Source of the DNA: Polyangiales bacterium | Lineage (GTDB): Bacteria > Myxococcota_A > Polyangia > Polyangiales > JADJQN01 | Reading direction: 5' to 3' | NCBI GenBank assembly: GCA_964202905.1 | Contig: CAXNJO010000002.1 | Span: 544,001 to 608,000, forward strand | Length of the DNA stretch: 64,000 nucleotides | Shown: positions 1 through 8,781 of the stretch, piece after piece | Layout of the letters: each line of letters starts with the position of its first letter | Numbering within the stretch: position 1 is the stretch's first letter | Notes under the pieces: model-generated | What the model saw: the letters and a program-made list of their open reading frames with translations, nothing else | Database searches by the model: none | What the model was told of the DNA's origin: nothing | Position numbers and translations under genes: made by a program

Positions 1-2688
1 CGCACCGCGCTCGAAGTGGACGTCTGTCCCGTCTGCGAGCTTCACGTGACCATCGACCCCGTCTTCGCCAGCCATCGCGCCGAGCCGCGTTCGCTCCTCG
101 TCGTTGGTGGCTCGGGCGCGGGCGATCTCGACGGTGCTCTCGCCCGACGCGATGCGCTCGGCGAGCGACTCGGCCTCCTCGAGGGTCGCCGAGTGCGCGA
201 GGCCGCCGCGCGGCGCGAAGGGCAGGAACAGGTCGCGCACGGGGACGGTCCACCGGATCGCGGGGACGGTGTCGTCCACCGGAGCGGTGCCCCCAGCGGC
301 TGCCGCGGCGCCATCGGCCGCGGGGCCGCGTACCCAGTCGGGCCCAAGGTCGGCGGCGTCGAACGCGTGCGGCTCGCCGCCATGGAGCACGATCTCGCGG
401 TCGCGCTGCCCCGGGCGCAGCGTCGTGAGGACGATCGCGCCCCCTCGGAAGTCGCTCGGCTGGTAGTTCCCGTCGACCGCGCGCTCGGCGCTCCAAGGCG
501 TCTCGAACTCGCCGTCGGCGTTCGTGTCGAAGCGGTACTCGTAGCCCAGGCCGCTCGCCGCTTGGAGTTTCACCTGCGTCCCGCGCACCACGTGTTGAAG
601 ACCCGGATGCGGGACCACAAACCACCAGACGATGCCAGCGAGCCCCACGACCATCACCGCGCCATACATGGAGACAGCGCCGGTCTGCACGCGCGTCACG
701 AGCCAGCCGGCGGCGAGCGCGAGAGACGACGTGGCCTTCGTCAGGAGCGTGTCGATGAACAATTTGTCGAAGTTCGCGGCGAACCGCGCGAGCCACGCCA
801 TCGGGCGGATGAGGACCAACGCGTAGAGTTCGTCGACGCGCCACTTGTCCATCAGCAACGCCTGCAGACGCGGGAGCGACGCCGCGATGCGGGCGGGGGT
901 CGAGCCGTCTTCCTTCACATACCAGACGTACGCGAGACCGATCCCGCCGAGCCCGACCAAGGTGCCGACGCCCATCGCCGTCGCGCCAATCGCGGCGGAC
1001 ACGTGCGCCCCCTCCGCGAGGGGCAGCCGGGCAATCGAGGGCTCGAGCCAATGCTCCCACACGTTCGGGAGACCGAGCCAGTGGGGCAGCCCGAGGAAGC
1101 CGACGAAGCCCGCGCCCGCCGCGAGCACGACGAGCGGCAAAGTCATCGCCCAAGGAGACTCGTGCGGCTCGGCGTGGCCGTGATCGTCGTGGCCGTGCGC
1201 GTGGTCCGCGTGGCCCTGGCCGCCTCGGAACTCGCCTTCGAATGCGAGGAAGTAGAGCCGAAACATGTAGAAGGCGGTCATGAATGCCGCGACCGCGAGC
1301 ATCGCGAACACCACCCAGCCGACCCAACGCGGGTAATCGGCCCAGGGCCCCGTGCCGATGAACGCGGCGCCGAGGAGGATGTCGTCCTTCGAGAAGAAGC
1401 CGCTCGTGAGCGGGAACCCCGCGATCGCGAAACAGCTGAGGAGGAAGGTCCAGCGCGTCACCGGCATGAACTTCTTCATCCCGCCGAGCTCGCGAAGATC
1501 CGCGTCGCCGTGCGCGTGCACCGCGTGCATCACGGAGCCCGCGCCGAGGAAGAGACAGGCCTTGAAGAAGGCGTGCGTGAAGACGTGGAAGAAGCCGCCG
1601 GCAAAAGCGCCGACGCCGACGCCCGCGAACATGAAGCCCAGCTGACTCACGGTGGAGTACGCCAAGATCTTCTTCATCTGGTTCTGCACGAGCGCGATCG
1701 AGGCGGCGAAGAGCGCCGTCGTGGCGCCGACGAGGGCGATGAACGCCATCGCGCCCGGCGACATCAGGAAGACACCCGAGAGGCGCACCACGAGGTAGAC
1801 GCCCGCGGTGACCATCGTCGCGGCGTGGATGAGCGCGGAGACGGGCGTCGGGCCGGCCATCGCGTCCGGAAGCCAGACGTAGAGGGGGAGTTGGGCGCTC
1901 TTGCCGGCGCAGCCGAGGAAGAGGAAGAGGCACGCGGCGGTGCCGGTCGTCAGGAACGCGATCGTGTGCGTTTGATCGAGCTTGAGCGGGATCGCGAGGC
2001 TGCTCGCGTTGGCGTTGATCTCGGCGAACTCGAAGGACGCCGTGGTGGCGACCAAGAGGAACATGCCGAGCAGCACGCCGAAGTCACCGATGCGGTTGAC
2101 GATGAACGCCTTCTTGCCCGCGGCGGCGTAGGTCGGGTTCTCCCACCAGAAACCGATCAGCAGGTACGAGCAGAGGCCGACGCCCTCCCAGCCCACGAAC
2201 ATGAGCGGCATGTTCGAGGCGAGCACCAGGATGAGCATGCTCGCGGTGAACAGATTGAGATACGTGAAGAACCGCGCGTAGGACGGGTCCTCTTCCATGT
2301 ACGAGCTGGCGTACAGGTGGATGAGGAGGCCAATCCCCGTGATGACGAGCGTCATCACGGCGCTGAGGTGGTCCATCAGCAGCGCGACGCGCACGGGGAT
2401 CACGGCGTCGCCGACGCGGACGCTGAACCAGTCGTAGACGACGTTGACCAGCTTGGTCGTCGCCTCAACCTCGCCATCGGCCGCGGCGTGCCCCGACAGG
2501 GAGACGAGCTTCGCGAAGCACGCGAGCGCGAGCGCGAAGGAGAGCCCCACGGAACCGATGGCGATGGCGCGTACGAGGCCGCGCGAGGCGTAGCGACCAC
2601 TGATGCCGTTGACGAGCGCGCCGAGTAGCGGCAGCAGCACGATCCACATCAGCGCGCGGCCGAAGTCCCAGCCGAAGGCGAAGTCCAT
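1..2688 (-). CDS. nuoL: NADH-quinone oxidoreductase subunit L with long C-terminal extension (3' end runs off window)
   Basis: Not in the ORF track because no stop falls in the window. Manual translation from ATG 2688 (MDFAFGWDFGRALMWIVLLPLLGALVNG) gives NuoL motifs GKSAQLPLYVWLPDAMAGPTPVSALIHAATMVTAG, KKILAYSTVSQLG and HAFFKACLFL. It follows nuoK. Confidence 0.95.
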   Translation of the reverse strand, partial: MDFAFGWDFGRALMWIVLLPLLGALVNGISGRYASRGLVRAIAIGSVGLSFALALACFAKLVSLSGHAAADGEVEATTKLVNVVYDWFSVRVGDAVIPVRVALLMDHLSAVMTLVITGIGLLIHLYASSYMEEDPSYARFFTYLNLFTASMLILVLASNMPLMFVGWEGVGLCSYLLIGFWWENPTYAAAGKKAFIVNRIGDFGVLLGMFLLVATTASFEFAEINANASSLAIPLKLDQTHTIAFLTTGTAACLFLFLGCAGKSAQLPLYVWLPDAMAGPTPVSALIHAATMVTAGVYLVVRLSGVFLMSPGAMAFIALVGATTALFAASIALVQNQMKKILAYSTVSQLGFMFAGVGVGAFAGGFFHVFTHAFFKACLFLGAGSVMHAVHAHGDADLRELGGMKKFMPVTRWTFLLSCFAIAGFPLTSGFFSKDDILLGAAFIGTGPWADYPRWVGWVVFAMLAVAAFMTAFYMFRLYFLAFEGEFRGGQGHADHAHGHDDHGHAEPHESPWAMTLPLVVLAAGAGFVGFLGLPHWLGLPNVWEHWLEPSIARLPLAEGAHVSAAIGATAMGVGTLVGLGGIGLAYVWYVKEDGSTPARIAASLPRLQALLMDKWRVDELYALVLIRPMAWLARFAANFDKLFIDTLLTKATSSLALAAGWLVTRVQTGAVSMYGAVMVVGLAGIVWWFVVPHPGLQHVVRGTQVKLQAASGLGYEYRFDTNADGEFETPWSAERAVDGNYQPSDFRGGAIVLTTLRPGQRDREIVLHGGEPHAFDAADLGPDWVRGPAADGAAAAAGGTAPVDDTVPAIRWTVPVRDLFLPFAPRGGLAHSATLEEAESLAERIASGESTVEIARARATNDEERTRLGAMAGEDGVDGHVKLADGTDVHFERGA

Positions 2689-2700
2689 GGTCAGTCTCTC

Positions 2701-3009
2701 TCAGTGCTTCAGCAGGTCGACCGAATCGCTCTGAACGGACTTCTTCAGGCGATAGACGCTGATGACGATCGCGAGGCCGACCGCGGCCTCTGCAGCGGCG
2801 ATCGCGATGTTGAAAAACGCGAAGACCTGCCCCGCGTGGTTGCCCGGCATCCAACGATTGATGGCGACGAGCGTGAGGTTCACCGCGTTGAGCATCAGCT
2901 CGATGCTCATCAGCTGGATGAGAACGTTGCGACGAACGAGAAAGCCGATCGCGCCGATCCCGAAGAGGACCGACGCGAGGCCGATGAAGTGTCCGAGGCT
3001 GAGGTCCAT
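2701..3009 (-). CDS. nuoK: NADH-quinone oxidoreductase subunit K
   Basis: RRNVLIQLMSIELMLNAVNL and IAAAEAAVGLAIV motifs, 102 aa. Confidence 0.97.
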   Translation of the reverse strand: MDLSLGHFIGLASVLFGIGAIGFLVRRNVLIQLMSIELMLNAVNLTLVAINRWMPGNHAGQVFAFFNIAIAAAEAAVGLAIVISVYRLKKSVQSDSVDLLKH

Positions 3010-3022
3010 CAGTTCCTTGCCT

Positions 3023-3616
3023 TCACTGGCCGCCCGCCGACGCGCGGGCGAGCTTCCGGGCCTTCAGCGCCTCGGTCTCGTCGGCCGAGCGCCCCCGCGC
3101 GACCGCGATCGCGCCGAGGATCGCGACGAGCAGCAACACCGACACGAGCTCGAACGGGAGGGCGGCCGCGCCGTAGAGGACGCCGCCGAGGGCCTTCACG
3201 CCGCCGTACTGACCGCACTCCGCGCCGGCTCCGGGCGGGCAGTTCTCGACGCCGGCGAGCATGCGTGGTGCGTAATCGATCAGGGCGAACGAGATCGCGC
3301 CCATGACGAGCGCCATCAAGCCGCCGGAAGCCGTTCGGACGAGGAGGCCGCGGGTGCCGAGCCCCGTCTCCGCGGACGGGCCGATGAGCATGATGACGAA
3401 GACGAAGAGCACGACGACCGCGCCCGCGTAGACGATCAGCTGGATCGCCGCGAGCAGGTGGGCGTGCAGGACGAGGTACATCCCCGCGAGCGAAATGATG
3501 TGGAAGAGCAGCCCGACCGCGGCGCGGATGGGGCTGCGCATCGCGACGGTGGCGATGGCGGACAGGACCGCGAGCGCCGCCGCGAACCAGAAGACCAACT
3601 CACCCGAGCCGCTCAT
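3023..3616 (-). CDS. nuoJ: NADH-quinone oxidoreductase subunit J
   Basis: QLIVYAGAVVVLFVFVIML and LPFELVSVLLLVAILGA motifs. Confidence 0.96.
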   Translation of the reverse strand: MSGSGELVFWFAAALAVLSAIATVAMRSPIRAAVGLLFHIISLAGMYLVLHAHLLAAIQLIVYAGAVVVLFVFVIMLIGPSAETGLGTRGLLVRTASGGLMALVMGAISFALIDYAPRMLAGVENCPPGAGAECGQYGGVKALGGVLYGAAALPFELVSVLLLVAILGAIAVARGRSADETEALKARKLARASAGGQ

Positions 3617-4998
3617 GCAGCCCTCCCACCGAGGAGCGAGACGACCGCGCGGTCGAGGCGACCGTCGGCGACGCCGCCCTTGCGCGCCGCCTCGAGGAAC
3701 TCGCCCCGGAACTTCCGCACGAAGGCGAGCATCGGCATCGCGGTTCCGTCGGCGAGCGCGCAGATCGTGTTGCCCATCATGTTGTTGGAGACGTCGACGA
3801 GGAGGTCGACGTCGGCCTCGGTCGCCTCGCCATCGACGATCCGATCGCAGATCTCAGCGAGCCAGCCCGTGCCCTCGCGGCAGGGCGTGCACTGCCCGCA
3901 CGATTCGTGGTGGTAGAAGCGCATGAGGTTGCGCGCGGCCTCGACCATGTTGACCGAGGAGTCCATCACGATGGCGCAGCAGGTACCGAGCATCGTGCCG
4001 AGGCCACGCATGGTGTCGACGCCCATGGGGACGTCGATGTGCGACTTGCCGTGCCACGCGTGGAGCGGGTGCGCTGCATCGGGGGCGTGGACGACGTCCT
4101 CGGGACGCAGCACGGGGGTCGAGGAGCCACCGGGGATCACCGCCTTGAGCGGGCGGGCGGGGTCCAACATGCCGCCGCAACGCTCGATCATCTCGCGGAG
4201 CGTGAGGCCGACGGGCCCCTCGAAGACGTGCGGGTTCTTGACGTGGCCGCTCACGCCGTAGAGACGCGTGCCACCGTCGTTCGGGAGACGCGAGAGCGCC
4301 GACCACGCGGCGCCGCCGAGCTTGAGGATGTCAGGGACCGAGGCGATCGTCTCGACGTTGTTGACGATCGTCGGCATGCCAAACGCGCCGGACACCGCCG
4401 GGAAAGGCGGCTTGAGGCGCGGCTCGCCGCGGTAGCCCTCGAGCGAGTTGAGGAGAGAGGTCTCCTCGCCGCAGATGTAGGCGCCGGCGCCGGGGTGGAC
4501 GTGAATGTCCATCGGGTGATCGACGCCGAAGGGCTTCGGACCGAGGAGTCCGCGCGCCCGGAGGTCCCGAATGCCCTGCTCGAGTCGCTGGATCGAGACG
4601 ACGAGCTCGCAGCGGACGTAGATGTACGTGACGTTAGCCCCGATCGCGCGCATCGCGATCATGCACCCCTCGAGCAGGCGGTGCGGGTCGTTCTCCATGA
4701 GCGTGCGGTCTTTGAACGTCCCGGGCTCGCCCTCGTCGGCGTTGATGACGAGATAGACGGGCTTGTTCGGGTCCTTCGGTGGGAGGAAGCCCCACTTCAC
4801 GCCGGCGGGGAAGCCGGCGCCTCCGCGGCCGCGGATGTTGGCGGCCTTGACCTCCGCCTTGATGGCGTCGGGCTGCATGGTCGTCAGCGCCGTGCGAGCG
4901 GTCGCGTAGGCGCCCGCCTTTTCGGCGGCGGCGAGCGTGTGGCTCCCGGGGAGTCCGTAGCGGTCGGTGAGGAGGCGCGAGGTGTCGATCGCGGACAT
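3613..4998 (-). CDS. nuoF: NADH-quinone oxidoreductase subunit F
   Basis: RGRGGAGFPAGVKW, NADEGEPGTFKDR, GAGAYICGEETSL and ESCGQCTPCREG motifs. Start moved to ATG 4998, which follows GGAG. Confidence 0.97.
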   Translation of the reverse strand: MSAIDTSRLLTDRYGLPGSHTLAAAEKAGAYATARTALTTMQPDAIKAEVKAANIRGRGGAGFPAGVKWGFLPPKDPNKPVYLVINADEGEPGTFKDRTLMENDPHRLLEGCMIAMRAIGANVTYIYVRCELVVSIQRLEQGIRDLRARGLLGPKPFGVDHPMDIHVHPGAGAYICGEETSLLNSLEGYRGEPRLKPPFPAVSGAFGMPTIVNNVETIASVPDILKLGGAAWSALSRLPNDGGTRLYGVSGHVKNPHVFEGPVGLTLREMIERCGGMLDPARPLKAVIPGGSSTPVLRPEDVVHAPDAAHPLHAWHGKSHIDVPMGVDTMRGLGTMLGTCCAIVMDSSVNMVEAARNLMRFYHHESCGQCTPCREGTGWLAEICDRIVDGEATEADVDLLVDVSNNMMGNTICALADGTAMPMLAFVRKFRGEFLEAARKGGVADGRLDRAVVSLLGGRAA

Positions 4999-5003
4999 GG
5001 CGG

Positions 5004-5549
5004 TCACTCCTTGCTTCCAGCGGTGCCGTGGGCGCCCGCGAGGTGCGGTGCCGAGGCCGGGGGCGCGGGGGTGCGCGTGGCGACGGCGTCGAGGATGCGG
5101 TCGAGTGACGCGAGGGTGAGATTCTCGTGCAACTCGTCGTTGAGCTGAATCATCGGCGCCTGGCCGCAGCCGGCGAGGCACTCGGCCTTCTTCAGGGAGA
5201 ACTTGCCGTCCTTGCTGACGCCGCCCACGTGGCAGCCGAGGCGCTCCTCGAGGTGCTCTTGGATGCGCTTGGCGCCCCGGATCTCGCAGGACAGCGTGCG
5301 ACAGACCCACACGACGTTCGGCGCGACAGGCTGTTGGTGGAACATCGTGTAGAACGTCACGACGCCTTGCACCTGGGCGGTGGTCAGGCCGAGCCGCTCA
5401 GCCGCGAACGCGATCACGTCCTCGCCGATCCAGCCGTTCTGCTCCTGACAGAGGTGCAGCAGCGGAATGCATGCGGCCCGACGTGTCGGGTAGCGGGTGA
5501 AGAGTTCGGCTGCGTGCTTCTCGCGGTCGGGGGTGAGCTGGAACGGCAT
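5004..5549 (-). CDS. nuoE: NADH-quinone oxidoreductase subunit E
   Basis: 2Fe-2S ligands CRTLSC and ECLAGCGQAP; VVTFYTMF. Confidence 0.96.
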   Translation of the reverse strand: MPFQLTPDREKHAAELFTRYPTRRAACIPLLHLCQEQNGWIGEDVIAFAAERLGLTTAQVQGVVTFYTMFHQQPVAPNVVWVCRTLSCEIRGAKRIQEHLEERLGCHVGGVSKDGKFSLKKAECLAGCGQAPMIQLNDELHENLTLASLDRILDAVATRTPAPPASAPHLAGAHGTAGSKE

Positions 5550-5636
5550 GGCGGTGTGCCCGCGTCACGCACGCCCGAGAACACGGATCGCTGAAAACAG
5601 GCGAAATCCGCGTTGTGGGGCGGGGCGGGCGGCGAG

Positions 5637-5665
5637 ACGCTAGGCTGCGACCCGTCCGATGTCAA
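5637..5665 (-). promoter_or_regulatory. Sigma70-type promoter for the nuoE operon
   Basis: Minus strand TTGACA-N17-TAGCGT, about 90 nt upstream of nuoE. Confidence 0.7.
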
Positions 5666-5841
5666 GCTCGAACGGGGCGGCGCGCGGCGCGTATCGCAGC
5701 GGGCGGCACGGGCTGCGGCGCACGGGTCGGGCGTACTCGGCGATGGCCACGGCGTGCGCGGTTTCCCGCTTCCCTCGGGGGGTCTTCTCCGCTACCTTCG
5801 CGCCGCCGTCCGCGCTTTGGGGGGAGTGGACCCGAGCCGGT

Positions 5842-5875
5842 CGTGCGAGTGCCGCAACCGTGCGAGTGCCGCAAC
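5842..5875. repeat. Perfect 17-bp tandem duplication
   Basis: cgtgcgagtgccgcaac x2 in the divergent intergenic region. Confidence 0.9.
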
Positions 5876-5916
5876 GCAGGGGCAGTGTGCTCCCGTTCCG
5901 CGGCGGAGGAGATCTC

Positions 5917-6856
5917 GTGACCGTCTTCTGTCCGAACTGCGGAACCCCGAACACCGACGAAGCCACCGCCTGCGCGAAGTGCGGTACCGCGCTGAAGGCC
6001 GCCGGGCCGAAGGTCGCCCCCTCGAAGTTCAAGGGAACCATGATGATGTCGGGCGTGACCCCTCCGAAGCCGCAAGCGCCCGGGGCGGGCCTCCCGCCCC
6101 CCGCTGCCGCACCGCCTCCCGCGGCGGCCCCCGAGGCCAAGCAGAACCTCGCCTTCCAGGCGACGATGTTGGGCCCGATGACGCCGCCGCCGGGCTTTCC
6201 GGCAGCGGGACCCGCCCCCTTCCCTGCATCCGGCTTCGGCGCGGCGACGCCCTCCGGCGATGCCGGTTTTGGAGCGACGGCGCCCGCAGCGGACGCAGGC
6301 TTCGGCGCGCAGCCGCCCGCTGCAAGCGGCTTCGGCGCGCAGCCGCCCGCTGCAAGCGGCTTCGGCGCGCAGCCGCCCGCTGCAAGCGGCTTCGGCGCGC
6401 AGCCGCCCGCTGCGAGCCGGTGGGGGGTTCAGTCCGCCGCCTGCCGGTGGCGGTGGGGGGTTCGGCCCGCCGCCCGGCGGCGAGGGCGGCGGCGCGGCGC
6501 CTGCGCCCAAGAAGAACAACACGCTGAAGTACGTCGGCATCGGCTGCGGTGCACTGGTGCTGCTTTCATGCCTCTGCGGCGTCGGGCTCAATCTCTTCGG
6601 GAACTCCCTCGCGACGTATAGACAGTCCGCGCAGGAGGCCAGCGAGGTGGGCGCGGCGCCCGAAGCGGGTGGGACGTGCGCGCGCGCGAAGGCCTGCTGT
6701 GAGGCGATCTATTCGCAGCCCATGTTCCAGGGTCAGGGCGCGCAGGCGTGCGCAGCCGTCGACCAAGTGGCGGGCAGCGCGTGCACGGCGCAGCTCGATG
6801 CGTTCAAGCAGGCCGGCGCGAACCTGCCGGGCGGGCTGCCGGCAGCCTGCAACTGA
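5917..6856 (+). CDS. Zinc-ribbon / Pro-Gly-rich / TM / Cys-rich membrane protein (frameshift near 6418)
   Basis: GGAGGA then GTG 5917; CPNC..CAKC ribbon; GFGAQPPAAS repeats. It continues in the +1 frame (ORF 6260..6856) into KKNNTLKYVGIGCGALVLLSCLCG TM and a 6-Cys domain. Confidence 0.8.
6298..6417 (+). repeat. 30-bp coding tandem repeat x4 (GFGAQPPAAS)
   Basis: ggcttcggcgcgcagccgcccgctgcaagc x4, last copy with one mismatch. Confidence 0.95.
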
Positions 6857-6967
6857 ACGCGCCTCCACGCGGGGGACGCGTCGGCAGGAGGCATCCGAGG
6901 GGCCGCTGGCGCCCCCGGCGCCTCCCTCGAGTACGCGCGATGACGTGCGCCACGGCGGATGGCTGAC

Positions 6968-7009
6968 CGGGAGGCGGTGGGTGGTTCGACCCTCCGCCTC
7001 CCGTTTTTT
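6968..7009 (+). terminator. Rho-independent terminator
   Basis: cgggaggcgg..ccgcctcccg stem followed by TTTTTT. Confidence 0.8.
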
Positions 7010-7111
7010 CAGGGTTCTGTTGGATGGAATCGGGGACGATACGCTCCCGTTCGAGGCGGGCGGGGCAGGCATGCGAAGCGCGCCGCGGCGCGCCGGAGAG
7101 GAACGACCACG

Positions 7112-7780
7112 ATGCAGGCGCAGCAGGGCACGACGAAGCAGGCGAGTGGGTTCGGGGCACCGCCCCCGGGCGGGGGCGGGTTTGGTTCACCCCCGGGGGG
7201 CGGCAGTTTCGGTCCGCCGCCGGGTGGAGGTGGGTTCGGCCCGCCGCCGGGCGGGGGTGGCTTCGGCCCGCCGCCGGGCGGGGGTGGCTTCGGCCCGCCG
7301 CCGGGTGGGCCCGGGCCGGGGGCTCCGCCTCCGAAGAAGAGCAACACCCTGATGTATGTCGGCATCGGCTGCGCAGCGCTGGTGTTTCTGAGCTGCGTGT
7401 GCGGGGGCGGTGTCTATTGGTTCGTGTCGTCGCGCGCGGAAGCGGGCCTCGAGTCGCTCCGCGACTATCAGGTGCCCGTCGATCCGGCTGCGGACCCGAG
7501 CAGCGACCCGATGTTGGGGTCCAAGCCTGACCAGCCGTTCGGCTCAGGCGTCGCGGAGCCCACCGCGGGCGGCGAGACCTGCGCCAAGATCGACCGCTGT
7601 TGCCCGGCCTTCTATGTGGCGCGCGGGCTTGGCGCCGACCAGGCGGCGTCGACGTGCGGCCAGATGGCCGCGGCACGCGCGCAGGCCGCGGGTCCGATGC
7701 TCGAGACGATCTGTGCGGCGCAGCTGCAAGCCTTCGCCTCGGCCGGCGGCGGCGTCCCGCTCCCGCCTGAGTGCCAGTGA
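7112..7780 (+). CDS. Pro-Gly-rich / TM / Cys-rich protein, paralog of the upstream gene without the zinc ribbon
   Basis: GFGPPPGGG repeats (27-bp units), KKSNTLMYVGIGCAALVFLSCVCG TM and the same C-x5-CC Cys pattern; GGAGAGG upstream of ATG 7112. Confidence 0.8.
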   Translation: MQAQQGTTKQASGFGAPPPGGGGFGSPPGGGSFGPPPGGGGFGPPPGGGGFGPPPGGGGFGPPPGGPGPGAPPPKKSNTLMYVGIGCAALVFLSCVCGGGVYWFVSSRAEAGLESLRDYQVPVDPAADPSSDPMLGSKPDQPFGSGVAEPTAGGETCAKIDRCCPAFYVARGLGADQAASTCGQMAAARAQAAGPMLETICAAQLQAFASAGGGVPLPPECQ

Positions 7781-7983
7781 TGGCGGACACGCCCGCGGGC
7801 AGGCCCTCGGGACTGTCGCGGGCGGACGGCGGCGCGTCGGTGTGACCCGTCTCGCGCGCAGCGCGCCCCGCTTCGCCCACGGCGGATCGAGCTCGAGCGT
7901 CGCCACGAGTCCGCCACGAACGCTCCTCGAAAGCTCCCCGCGCGCGCCCGGTCGGCGCCGCGGGGGCCGGGTACCTCCGCAGC

Positions 7984-8781
7984 ATGGAGGTCCCGATGAA
8001 CACGACATTCTCCGAGCCGCAGCGGTTCCACGGCTGCGCCATACCCCTCGCATCCGCCCCGCCATCGACGAACGAGCCCGCCGGCCCGACCCTGCCGGCG
8101 TCCACGCAAACCGCGCACGGCGCTGATTGGGATGCAGCGGATCGCGACGCAGGTTCGGCCGCACACGCGCCGACCGCGGGCGACGAGACGGATGACCCAC
8201 GGGGGCTCGGCGGCCTTCTCCTCGCGCACGAGCCGCCGGCGCACATTCCATCTTGGCGGGCGGAGAGCCTGCGCTTTGGAAGTGGGCTGGGACTCTCCGC
8301 GGTCTACGGGCTCGCGCTCGGGTCACGCGACGGCGGAGCGTCCCTCGTCGGACACGCGCTTGGGACGCCCGCGGCGCTGCTGGCCGTCGGCGCCGTTGGC
8401 GTGCCGGCTTTCGCGATCGTGCTCGCGCTGATGAACGCCCCCGTCGATGGTGCGCGCCTCGCGGCGGTCACCGCGCGCGCCACGGCGGCGACGGGCCTCG
8501 TGCTCGCCGGGCTCGCGCCGGCGGCGCTCCTGTTCGCGCTCACGAGCAGCACGCGTGAGGCGGCCGCGGGCACCGCGCTGGTCGGGCTCGTGGTCGCCGG
8601 GGGCATCGGGATCGCCCAGCTGATCGGGGGACTGCGGCGCACACTCTCACGCGCGGACAGCGCGACGCGCCTGCTCGCGCTGCTGGCGTCGCTCGGTTTC
8701 GGGCTCTTCGCGGTCGCGCTGGCGGCGCGCGTCTGGTCCGCGACGCTGCCCGCGCTCGCGCGCGTCGGGGGTGCCTCGTGA
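7984..8781 (+). CDS. Multi-pass membrane protein of unknown function
   Basis: About 5 hydrophobic segments; overlaps the next gene by GTGA; alternative start at 7996. Confidence 0.75.
   Translation: MEVPMNTTFSEPQRFHGCAIPLASAPPSTNEPAGPTLPASTQTAHGADWDAADRDAGSAAHAPTAGDETDDPRGLGGLLLAHEPPAHIPSWRAESLRFGSGLGLSAVYGLALGSRDGGASLVGHALGTPAALLAVGAVGVPAFAIVLALMNAPVDGARLAAVTARATAATGLVLAGLAPAALLFALTSSTREAAAGTALVGLVVAGGIGIAQLIGGLRRTLSRADSATRLLALLASLGFGLFAVALAARVWSATLPALARVGGAS

Noticed and set aside
16..2628. 870-aa plus-strand ORF
   Set aside because: Antisense shadow of nuoL in the same codon register; a typical high-GC artefact.
6960..7005. GGTTCGA resembling a tRNA T-loop
   Set aside because: No T-stem or cloverleaf; it is the loop region of a terminator hairpin.
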